Assembly (NCBI GenBank): GCA_016748015.1
Contig: JAAOMT010000275.1
Span: 319,667 to 383,666, forward strand
Direction of reading: 5' to 3'
DNA: 64,000 nt
Source of the DNA: Geosiphon pyriformis uo1
Lineage: Eukaryota; Fungi; Glomeromycota
Below are positions 26,099 to 38,265 of this stretch, in pieces. Position numbers and translations under genes: made by a program. Under the pieces are notes generated by a model. It was given only the letters and a program-made list of their open reading frames with translations. It had not been told where the DNA came from and searched no databases. Within the stretch, counting starts at the first letter, position 1. Every line of letters starts with the position of its first letter.

Positions 26099-27160
26099 TT
26101 ACATGAAATTCAATTCAACATAAATTCAGGAAATTAAATTCATGGACAAAATTATTGAACTCATGGTAAGACTTAATAGAGGAATAATATTATAGGCAAC
26201 GGTGTTTCGATGATAAAAAAACTATTTGAAAATAATTATATAAAAGGTTTAATTTAATCAAGCATTGAAATTTTTAATTTAGTTAAAAATTACCTGAATT
26301 ATAAATTGTGGAATACCCTCAATAAAAATATTGACACCACTTCCCCAGAAGATTAAATATTTAACTCTTTTGGATATTGGGGCATTGAAAAGTTCAAAGT
26401 TGGCGTATTTCGAATAGAAGAGATTTAAAGCATCAATATCAGCAGCAGAGAGCAGAGTAGGTAACGCGGCGGGTTTTGGATGTTTCCCTAACCAAAAAAC
26501 ATATTCATCATTTTTGATAATCTCTGTAATTACGATGTAAGCTGCTAGTCCACTATTAAAAAGAAAAGGTATAACTAGAAAAAGAATGCTGATAGATAAA
26601 AGAATTAATAAGATTTTTCGCAGATTTTAAGGAATTTTACTAAAATTTGAGGATTGTCTTGATAAATATAAATCTCTCACATCTTTTCCATTATTTACAA
26701 TAAATATGATATCAAATGTAACATCAACTAGGATTAATGTAATAGAAACAACTATAAAAATTTTACCCTAAAATTATAAAAGTTATTAAATATTTATTTA
26801 ATTTTAAACTTTAAACTACCAATAATTTCAATATACTGCAACTATAAAAAAGTTAAATACCTCGAGATTTTGCTTTCTTCCTATAAAATATAGTATCATT
26901 AATATTACTGCGATAACAGCAATTGCAATTAAACTAAATTTATATTCTTCCTAAAGATTGGCTAAAAAAATAGAGCAAGTACACATGTATTAGATGATAT
27001 GTAATTTAATAGAAATCAAATGTTGAAGATTAAATTATGATCACTCACATTTAACTTTGAACCCGTAAGCCTCATCTAAAAAACCCGTATGTGAATGAAT
27101 GCTAATGGGAGTGAACCGTTTATTCTTTATTATTATATCGAGATCATTTGATAAGTAAAA
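26099..27160 (-). pseudogene. 5'-truncated pseudogene of a multi-pass membrane protein from an expanded Glomeromycota-type family
   Basis: Five exons translate to DLDIIIKNK..TPIS...FLDEAYGF | NL*EEYKFSLI..(TM) | GKNF..DVTFDIIFIVNNGKDV..LY | SILFLVIPFLFN...LSAADIDAL...FNAPIS...IFWG..VNIFIEGIPQFIIQ | FFYH...IIPLLSL. Stops TAG (26953-26951) and TGA (26128-26126); one splice donor is mutated to AC. Family assignment is from recalled motifs. Confidence 0.75.
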
Positions 27161-30100
27161 TAAAAAAAGATAAAAATATTGAAATAATCAGGAGGTAATG
27201 ATTAAAATAAACGGCTGAGAAAAACTGCTTCATTTTTTAAAAAAGGATATTTTCTTTGCAGAGTAAATTTTTTTAAATGAGTTGGTTTTTTTTGTTTACC
27301 CAGAATTTTTATTCTAAAATCAAATATAGTTAAGATTACATTCATATCGTGCCAGATATTTCATAAATATTTATTAATATTTTGGTATACTTTAATTAAT
27401 AACTATATAAACCCTGACAAATGAAATCCGGATATTTCAAAATTCTAACATGATTAAGATCTTGAAAGACAAAATTTTTGAAACAAAAATGTTATGTAAA
27501 GCACATTGATACATAGTAATAATTGTTATTTTATTTTTTAAGTATATATACATATTGATTTTTACCAAAAATGCGATAAAACGCATCATTTATATAGTTA
27601 TTATGTATCTAAAAGGATTGGATATGGGTTCAAGATAAAGTTTATCCATAAAAGAGATAATCTATTAAAATCTTATCATATAATACTAGAATGTCAAGAT
27701 TTAATTACAAAATTGTTCTTCAAAGATTAAATAAAATTATCTTTTTTCATCAATTAGATAATATGGTAATAAAAAATAGTAAAAAAGTTACAAATTACCA
27801 ATTGATCTTTATTCAAAACATAATATTTAAATATTGTGGTTTTTTTTCCCTGCACGGTGTGATCCAACTAAATTATTGTAAAAATTATAAATGTTAATTA
27901 ATATTTTATTCCTTCGGTAAATTTGAAGTGGACTGTTATTTTTTGATTGACTAAATCTACTTAAATTTTTATAAACTCTAATCCAGGTTAGTTAGCTTGA
28001 AAGTTAAATAGTATTTTTAGATATAATATTAATTTTCTCGCAATGATTTTTTCATAAACTATAATAATGCTTGTTGAAGTAAAAACATTTAAACATTCTC
28101 TAAATTTTTAATTCCATATTGGCACTAACTGTATGGCTATCTGTAATCTTAGACTGATTATTAAGATAAGCCAATCGTGTGGAGAATAATATTAAAACAA
28201 GGACATTTAAATTCTAAAGATTTTCAAATTACTATATTAGTAATGCTATACTATATTAGAAATCTAGAATCTATTACCCAAAAGCTCTATTTATGATTAT
28301 TTCGAAACACAATATTCTAATGAATATAAAAATTATTATCACTCCTGCAGAAATTAAACTAAAAACTATAATAGTTATATAAACTTTTATTAAACAATAT
28401 TGGCTTTAAATGACTTATTAGCACAGTTGAACTTAAGTTCAAAATTCTTTAATTAGAATAAAATTTCTTGTTAATTGCAATTACTTAATTTACAATAAAA
28501 CAAAAAAGCTTTAAAACATCAACATATACACCAACCATAAATTTAAAAACTCATAACAACATTAAAACTGTTTAAAAATACTTACTGTATTAACAAAACT
28601 GTCTTTAAGAAATATTTTTTAACAACCAATCAAAACAATATTTTATATAAAACAATATCACATATTATTAAAATTTTAAAAACCTAAACAATCTATTTAG
28701 AATAATTTAAAAACCAAAAAAAAAAACAATTTTTTATAATATGCATTAAGACTTATGATCAAAACATTTTGGAGAAAACAATTAAAAAATATGTTGACTT
28801 TTGTAACATTTGTCATAATTTAAATGCTATAAAATAAATTAAAAAACAAAAGTTTTGCACAAAAATTACACATTTATATTAATATTATTAAAAATTAAAA
28901 ATTATTATTATTTTATATTTATTAATAAATAAAATTTCTAACTGTGAATTCTTTAATAACGATTTGCATAAAGTGATATTTTATTTCAATGTTTTTTATT
29001 AAAATACATGTAAATACAACTTTAATAAATTACTTATTTTTTTTTTAATATTACATTATTAGAAATTTGGAATATAACAAAACAAATCACAATTAACATT
29101 TTATTGAAATATTATAAGGAGCAATATTTTTTAAATTTAAATAATATTTTATATTGAAGTCAAATTTTTAAATATATTTATTTAAAATAAATAAGTTTCA
29201 GCTAGAAAAATACCTATTGCTAAATCTCGAAAAGAACATTGTAAACCTTTTTAATAGGCCGAGAACGAAAGATTTAGCCCATGAGTCTTATTTTTTCAAG
29301 ACAAGAGATAATGTTCTTTAAAAGGGGCAGGATAGCTTTAATCGTTTTATAGTGATTGTAAATTGGCTTTTTTATCCCGTCTCTCCTAGTGCATCTCAAA
29401 TGAAACTGAAGATACCTTGGTTAAAAGCGAAAAAATCCAACTGTGTAGTAAACAAAAAGGTCTTTATGGCAATAAAACCCTCTAAACCATTTTATCCCTC
29501 TTTTTCTTCCGCAGGCTCAGATCAAAATACCGACTCCAAAATATCGGAAGAACACCGTAATTAAATTCCTGATAGAGGAGATGTTATTGAGATCACAAGT
29601 TTTAAATTTCGACTTTACTTTTTATACTACTTTCAAGTGTTTCTCAAGTGGCAGAAACCTCTGGGAAATAAAGGTGAAATATTTTTTCCACGGAATTAGG
29701 AAGAAACGGTCACCAAAACTTTTACACAGCCTCGATAAATTCTGGAATCATAATTATATAAATTATAATATTAAGATCGAAAATTTAAAATAAAATTTTT
29801 TTATGCTGATGCTATACAAGACTTTGAGTATTCCATTTCATTTAAGTAATTGCATTCTAAATATTATTATTGAGAAGACCAAGATTCAGCAATGGAAAGA
29901 CCTTCTGGATATTAAATTATCTCTTTTTAACGAATGAAAAGAGAGCACATAAATGTTTCGTGCGGACGTAATGTTCTCGAAGCTCAAATACAGTAATACA
30001 AGTTGTAAATTTGGTAAACAATTTTACTTGAGATTTCGGGATTACTTCGACTTGGGCCAGTTTTGTCCCATTCTTCAATAAATTAAAATACTAGTTAGAA

Positions 30101-30936
30101 AAATTGGTATTATTGGCATAGAGATCATTCACATGGACGAAAAAGTTGGGTCCAAAGGAAGAAACCGTACTTCGACACATATTCGAAGAATTTTCATCTA
30201 GGAATCGTTAAAAACCACCCTTCTACTTTATACTGACTACAAGAAACAAATTGTATTGATTCTAGATGGAATGACGTTAGAATGTGTCATAGATTATATG
30301 TATTCTATTTGATTGGGAATTTTTGTCCAAGGAAATATTAGAGTGATTAGTTAAAAGTTGGAAATCATGTATCTAACTCCTAGCAAATCCCTAACATTGA
30401 TTCGGTTCCGAATCTCTAAAATTAATAAAATACACTTCATTTCCCGACAGTCAAAAATTTTCATAAATTACCTCTTTACATCAAACTAGAAATGATGGCG
30501 AAACTTGAAACCTGATCATATTCTGGTTATGAATCACGAAGACTCTTTCTAGCTCTCAATCACAAATCTATTTTAATCTAATGTTCTATTCTTGCATAAA
30601 TAGGGCAATGTTTTTTTGGGAGGCGAAGTTAATAATTATCTTCACTTTTATGAAATCTTTGTTAAATCTTTGTGAAATCTTTAGCTAAATTACAGAATTA
30701 TCTCTTTCAAGTATTTTTATCCAAAAACTCCCCCCCCCCAAAGTCTTTTCATAAGTTTCTCTTCTTTTTGTGATAAAAAACAAGCCAAAATTTAAAGTCT
30801 AAAACTAAGTACAGATCTACATTTTTTTAGCGTGAAAAAAGAATTGAGCTACAAATCTATAATTGATTTTTTTACGACATTTAATACAAAAGGATACACA
30901 AATCAAAATTGAATACTGTCCTAAAAAAAATTAATC

Positions 30937-32548
30937 ATGTCTCACCTTTATACTCAACGAACTCATGATACAAGTACAAATTTCCAACCGATTGGTGGCC
31001 TTCAGGGTTCACGTAGTGACTTCTCCCCATGGAGGTACGACCAAAACCCAAATGAACAAATACAATGCGATGAATATAATCATTTCGGGAAATTTAGTGC
31101 CGAGTCCAATATTGCTTACAAACCTTACAGAGACCTCAACGGTCAACAACACGATGAATCTGTTGAAGAGCACAGTGACCGGATTTCTTCAAAATATTTG
31201 AACAAATGGCCAAACGGGCAAGAAGCCGATCCAAGAATTCGTTCAAGAATCTTTAGCACAATTCCTCCTCCCTACCCTGTCAAGATGACATCCAAGTTTG
31301 CCTCTCCCCTAATTGATGGAAGAATTCCAGCTATTGAAACCTCTTATGGATTGAAAGCTAGTCTTTACGAGAAACCGCAATATATTCAATTCCGTATCCG
31401 ATCTATGTCCTTCGGTGACTACAGCTGCAAATCTGCAGAATCCTTTCCAGATGGAGTGGGAAATTTGAGATATCATTATGTGAAAGGTAGTATCGGCTTG
31501 TTTTTGAATGGTAATACCATCAAAATCTTAATTCCAGTTGAGGTGATCAAAAGTATTTACAAAGAAGAATGGAATATTTTTTCTTTGGAATTGAATGAGA
31601 AAAGTTCATCTTTAGTAAGTATTCATCTCTGATTTGGCTTTTAAATAAGTTGATTTATTACGAATTTTTAAATATTCTTTGTTATAGATTCGTACTCAAA
31701 TTGCTGATGGTTTGGCAGCCAGTAACAGGATACCCCAAAGCATCAGTAAGTGTCTTTTTTCTACTTTGTGAAAATCTGTCTTTTTTTGAGTCAATTTCAT
31801 TGACTCTCGGTTTCTTATACATAGGAAATGCGAAGATCATTAAAATGGTGGTTCACGAAAACACGCCTCTACAGAAAATCGATATGACAAGATTACATAT
31901 CCAATTCGAAATCGAGAATCGCAATGAAGCCTCTAATCATCCAAAGGACAATAAAGCTTACACTCAACCTAAAGAGAGAGTCCAAGAAAATGGTCAAATA
32001 GTTACAGTGAATGGCGAAAAGCAAGTGAAAGAAGATTGCCAAACTTGGGGTGCGACGGCAAAAGGCAAATCCGAAAATTCAGGTTGGAGTTATATTATAG
32101 ATGAAAGCCTTGTTGACCCTGCCGAACAGGTAAATTACTTCTGGATTTTATTAAGCTTGAAGCTAAAGGATATTTTGAGTAACTTGTTCTATTCTTATAG
32201 CATACTCAAGACCTCGAAATCAAAGGAAACGGTGAAATAAATTTCCTTGAAAATTACACGAAAAATGGGAAAGAAGTCTCCAATAACACCGAAAAACTTT
32301 TGATCAAATTTCATTCCTCGACACTATTATCCGAAGATGAAATTCGTATCCTTCAATTTCCTATTAATGTTACTTTTGATGAAGTCAAGTCTACTATACA
32401 AGAAACTTGTGTGCTTCCAGAGATCCGAAAATTGAAATGCAAAGATGACGAAGGTGAGATGATCACCATTACCGGCCAGTACGATTTTGCAACCGCTGTC
32501 GACTTTTATGCTCCGCGTAAGAAACTCGAATTATGGCTGGTTCAATAG
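30937..32548 (+). CDS. Intact 4-exon gene, ~462 aa, with C-terminal PB1 domain; exons 30937-31614, 31688-31745, 31825-32129, 32201-32548
   Basis: GT-AG introns join in frame (678+58+305+348=1389 nt). The C-terminus has a PB1 pattern with an OPCA-like motif: IRILQFP..VTFDEVKSTI...LKCKDDEGEMITITGQYDF..AV...KLELWL. Confidence 0.88.
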
Positions 32549-33778
32549 CCGATTTATCAGTCGTTTTCAAGACTTTATGCAGCCATTTTTGAAGATTGAG
32601 GGATTGGCTCTTCTTTCAATTGGTAACAATTTATTGAAATGGATAGTTTCATATTATATCAACCCCTTTCTCCATTTAGCCTTATAACTTTATGAACATT
32701 TTTATCAATCTTCTTAAAAGGTATTTAATGAAAACCTCCCGAAATAGAAATTCAATTTTGTATAAATAATTTCTTTAGATTAAACATATAATTTTAATAG
32801 ATTTGTGCCTAAAAAATTAGTGTAATAAAAATCTTAATTTCAGGAATCTTTTAAGGAATTAAATAGGGCATTGCTGATCTAGAAATGAATCTTTAAAGTT
32901 AAGTTTAAAACAAACAAGCTGAAAAAATCTGGTTTTTGGGAATATTTCGGTTAGCTGAATAAATAATATAAATCAATAACATAATGGATTGAAAGCTTTT
33001 GGAATTTCTTTAGGCTTTACTTTTTGTCCAATAAAAAAATATCATACCAGAAAAAATATATGAGGCATACTAAAAGATTTTTATTTATATATATTTTAAA
33101 CAAGATCATTAAAAAGCAAAAATTTCTTTAGAACGTGTAATTCGTAACATAAATTACATTTCATTCTTATAACCAGAATTTACTAGTTCTTTAGAGAATT
33201 TTAAAAAAGTGGAATGTATATTTTGATTTTAACATCATCTAATAGATATTGTTTGAAATAAAAAAACTTCATATTTTTCTTTCAAAGAAAGCCTAACCAA
33301 CTTTGGAAAAATCTAAATTTTTTGATACAGAATAATTAAGAAAAAACTGAAAAGAGCATTAAAAACAAAACTTTATGGAATTTTTTTTTTAAAAAAAAGC
33401 AAGTTTCTTATAAAATTTACACAATTATGATAATACTTATTTGTTATTAATTTTATAATTGGATTTATATTAATTATTATTTGTATTAATTTTTATGATT
33501 TTTTAAAAATATTTAAATCTTTAAATTTAAAAACTTATTATTTATTATTTAAAAATATTATTGTTAATATTTATTAATATCAATCTATTTTTTTATTATA
33601 CTTTAATAAAATGTAAACCAATACATTGCAATAATAAATGTATTAATTAGATGTGATTTATGTACTTTTTACATATAATCAACTATTCAAACCAGTTAAA
33701 ACCAAATTATAATAAATTTAATTAATAATCCAACTTTGTTAATTTAGATTTCAAAAAAGCCAACTTAAAGCCAATTAC

Positions 33779-33817
<39 letters not shown>

Positions 33818-35255
33818 CCAAAAAAACAATAGCTTTAATATAAAATTTTGCACTAATAAATTAATTTTTAAAAATTTTGAATTAATTATAAACCTAAATA
33901 AAAATTTTGAAAAATAAAGTAAAAACATTTTGTAAAAATAGTGTTAAAAAACAAAAAAATTTTATCAAATATAATTTTTTTAGAATATTAGTTTTAATAA
34001 TTTAAGTCTGCTTAAAAAACCAAAAATAACAATAATAATATATTTTAATTATTAAGTAAAATTAGAAAACCAAAAAATAAAACAAATATAACTACGTTTT
34101 TAAAAAACAAATTTATTAATTTCTAAAACAATACAATTAAAAGAAAAATTTACAAACTTAGTTTTAAAAATATTTCAATAAAAAATAATAGTTGCTTTTT
34201 TTTGCTCTTTTCTTTGATTATAATCATAAAAATACAAGAAAAAAGTTTTTAATAAATTATATTTATTATTATTTTTCCATAAATTTTTAAGTTTTTTGAA
34301 AGATATTTGTTGAAAATTTTAAAATACATTTGTGGATTTATTATTTGCATAAAACAAAATAAATGTGTTATATTAATATTTTAAAAAACCAAAATAATAT
34401 TTTATTCGTAAATGAGATATTTGTATGTTTAATTTATTTATTTTTGCTTATAAGTTTTTATTAACATAAAAATAGTTTTTAGTCAATTTTTTATTTATAA
34501 AATATCTTAAATTAATTAAATATAAGATGATTGTATTTTTTTCTTTGTTTTTAAAATCTACAAAAAATATTGATAAAACTTATTATATTTGTTAAAATAA
34601 TTAATTTAACAATATATTAATTGTGATTTTTTTTAATTATTATATATTGTATATTCAATAAAAAAAATATTCATATAATTTTTTTGTTAAGAAATTTTTA
34701 AAAATTTATTTTATGTATAATTAAAAAATTATACAAATTTTTGATGATTTTTTGAATAATTATTTATTTAATAAGAATAAAAATAGTAATTTCCAACAGA
34801 TTGTATTTTATATTTTTATAATAAATCAATAAACAATAATAACAAATGTGTAAGATTTAAAAAAATTAATTGTAATTTTACTTTATATAATATTATCATT
34901 GGAAAAATTTTAATAATATTTGTTTAATTTGTGATGTTAAAAAATATTTAACTTATAATACCAAAAATATTTAAATAATTGAAAAATCAATATATTTTAA
35001 AATAAAATTTATTAAAATTGAATATTCATTTTATATATATATATTGTAGTTAAATCAAATAAATTGGTAAAAATATATTTATATATATTTATATAATTAT
35101 TATTTGAAAAAAGATTAAAAATCAGATTTGAATTTATTAATATCTTTAGTTTTAAAAAGTGAATTAAAAAGATTTGATTTTTTCCTTGTGAATTTTTAGA
35201 AATTTAAGCTGCAAAATATGATTGATTTACAAATAAAATTATGTTTAATATAATA

Positions 35256-36718
35256 CGACAGGGTGAAATCTGAGATAACAAATAGTAAAACCTGCGATGA
35301 TCAGCCATGTAATGTAAAACCTGCGATAGATTGGATAGATTGGGTAAAACCTGGGATAGATTAGTAAAACCTGCAATAGGGTAAAAACCTGTAAACCCCG
35401 TGATTGTATCAAGTGAGAAAATGAAATATATAAAATGTGTAATGAAGGTAAAGGTACATTATCTTTACTACCATAACATTATCACTAATGGGCGATTATG
35501 CTTTGTCTACTAGCTCTATTGAAACAAAAAAGGCCATTTGGCGCCCATTATTGCCAACTATTCGATGCATACAAGTGCCACTTATACAAGTACCCTCAGT
35601 GTTAGACTTATATATGTCTGATACGGTATCCCTAGGAGGTGGTAGTCTTAGTAACGGCTATAAAATTCTAGATCATGACTGTATGCATAAGAAGTGGGTA
35701 AGAGATTATTATTTATATGAATTATACTTTTATACAATAGTATTTTATTGAATATTAAGGTACGTGAAGGAGATGTAAAAGCCATTACACTTGTAAATGA
35801 AGATGCAAACAAAAATTCAAATTCAAATTTGGCATACGTAGAATATCTTGGATGTTCCAATAGGGTATAAAATAAAGAATAATTTCTAATCAAAATTAAA
35901 AAGTATTAACTTTATCTTTATTTATAGAATGGGTGATACCGTATCAAAAAGACAAATCGACCAGCGACTGCCTCTGATCCTTGTCATCAATGTTACGGGA
36001 ATTAGCACCATTAATGAAAAGACATCTCTTCAGAACAAAGATTTACCAGAAGAAATCAATTTTCCTAAAGGAAATCAAATTACAAAACAAAGGTAAATTT
36101 GAATTAAGTTTATCACTTACTGTATTTATTTATTAATTTTTTAATATAGATATCGCCTGATGGGAGTTTCTTTTTGTAACGACATCCATCATATTGCCGA
36201 TGTTCGTTTCGAAAATTTTAAAAATTCTGGCTGGTATCAATACGATGGGTTGCAAAAAACCTACAAAGCAAGGGCAATGGCAATTGGAAGTCGCGTCCTC
36301 CTCCCAAAAGTGGTTATACAATGGATTTTGTCATCTATGGAAAGATTTGAGTTTTTTGCAATAAAAACTGATCGTTACATGTAATAAAGAAGGACCTCTA
36401 TTTTTAAGCTTACCTGTCTCAGTAATAACAGTATTACTCGTTTGAATTTTCCATTCAAAGTTGTGCCACTTAGTTTGGTCGACTTTACAGTACCTTCAAT
36501 TGGGTCTGCCCTCAAAAGGGGCCGTTGCTCTTAAAAAATGTCTATTTATCGCAGATTTCACTTGATACAATCACGGGGTTTACAGGTTTTTACCCTATCG
36601 CAGGTTTTACTAATCTATCCCAGGTTTTACCCAATCTATCCAATCTATCGCAGGTTTTACATTACATGGCTGATCATCGCAGGTTTTACTATTTGTTATC
36701 TCAGATTTCACCCTGTCG
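35256..36718. mobile_element. Non-autonomous TIR DNA transposon (1463 bp) with TA TSD, carrying a gene fragment
   Basis: 161-bp TIRs (35256-35416 / 36558-36718) with one mismatch. Ends are CGACAGGG...CCCTGTCG, flanked by TA on both sides. Each TIR has repeated GTAAAACCTG motifs. No transposase visible. Confidence 0.9.
35488..36349 (+). pseudogene. Intron-containing fragment of a USP (peptidase C19)-like cysteine protease inside the TIR element
   Basis: Exons 35488-35697, 35760-35864, 35928-36092 and 36150-~36349 give ...C...SKRQIDQRLPLILVINV...LPEEINF...YRLMGVSFCNDIHHIADVR...GWYQYDGL...GYTMDFVIYGKI*. This resembles the USP His-box half. Two apparent frameshifts; no Cys box seen. Confidence 0.6.
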
Positions 36719-37904
36719 TATTATTATTATCTATGCTAGGATGATCTGAAAAAGGATTTTATCAATATTTGGGATGATCTTTGCGGCAAATCCGAAAGGG
36801 ACATGAATATTTGCTGGGAATAATATGTGTGATGTTAAGAATATAGTAAAGAGAAAGAGAAGGAGAAAGAGAAAGAGAAAGAGAAAGAGAAAGAGAAAGA
36901 GAAAGAGAGAGACAAATAATGTATTGTAATTTTTGAAATTTTCAAAGCTTCCATTAGAATAATTTGTATTTAAATAAATTAATGTAACTTAATTTAAATC
37001 GCAATTTTTTTTTTACTTTCAGTATAAAATATCTTTCAAGATATAGATGTTGTGCCCTGAATTAAAAATTTGCCCGATTGACAATTTGGATATGTAGTTT
37101 CGTCCCCCAAAATCAAAATATCTAGCAACATATACAAAAATCAATTAGGTCATTTTAAAACTTTATGCATGTATTTCAAACCTAAAATTAACCTTTCGAT
37201 ATTGTTAAATAATCATTTTTAGATGAAAAATTTTTCCATGTATTTTCCCTATAAGATAATCTTATCACTCAAACTAGTTTTTTTTTTAAATTTTAAACCT
37301 ATATGCTAAAATTTTGAATTTTTATCAAAACATCAACTGTATGGGTTTTCAGTTTACCCCTACAACCCATCTTATACCTTATTAGATTTTAAATTTTGTT
37401 CATCAACAGAGTTTTGGGCAAGAAGATTTTATTTATACTTTGAGCAGGATTTATTAAGAAAAAAAAAAAAGAGAAACTCCCTTCCAAAAAAAATTTTCAT
37501 TGGAAAAGAACACTTATCAAACTTATGAATATTTACATATTCGGACTGACCAAAATTGCTGATGGATGTTCTTTAAACTATATATAACATAATGAGCAGG
37601 GATTGTAATTTTCTGAATTTTGTTTATCAACCGTACTCGACATTTCTTTTTCAATTTCCGCAATAGATGCTTAGAAAATCACCCATTCTCAAATGCTGCC
37701 CGCTATTTTTCTTCATATAATATAATATTGTATCGATTTATAATATACTAAGAGTCAAGAAATATCGGCTAGTTTAAAACTTGATGGAATATTCTATGAG
37801 CAAAAAGATATTTATCTTTTCAAAATCACCAGAATTTTAATTTGTTCAAAATCTTTTGTAGTACCTAACCATTCTGTCGAATGATACAAAATAAAATTCA
37901 ATAT

Positions 37905-37940
<36 letters not shown>

Positions 37941-38225
37941 CCAAAAAGAAATGCCGAATAATTGATTAATTAAATTTAGGTTGATCCAATAAGATGATAT
38001 CTTTTCAAATGATTGATTGATTGATAAAATGAAATTCATTTTCACGACAACAATACCTTCTACTTGAGATTCTATTTTTGACTTTTAATAATTGACGTTT
38101 GTGTAAAATACAATTTTTCATGATTAAAATTTTTAATTATAGTTTTTGTAACTATTTTATTTACAAAATAAATTTGTGTGTTATAATTTAAAAGATTTAC
38201 CCATTTCAAATTTAGTAAAGGAATG

Positions 38226-38265
<40 letters not shown>

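Noticed and set aside
29200-30600. Short ORFs 29352-29564 and 29581-29793
   Set aside because: No recognisable motifs or splice-consistent frame; probably upstream non-coding DNA of the PB1 gene.
35281-35400. Short repeats with variable spacers resembling a CRISPR array
   Set aside because: The units are ~10-15 bp inside a TIR that is mirrored at 36558-36718. The context is eukaryotic and there are no cas genes.
36525-36749. ORFs with repeated SQVL/RRFY motifs
   Set aside because: Read-through of the right TIR repeat array.
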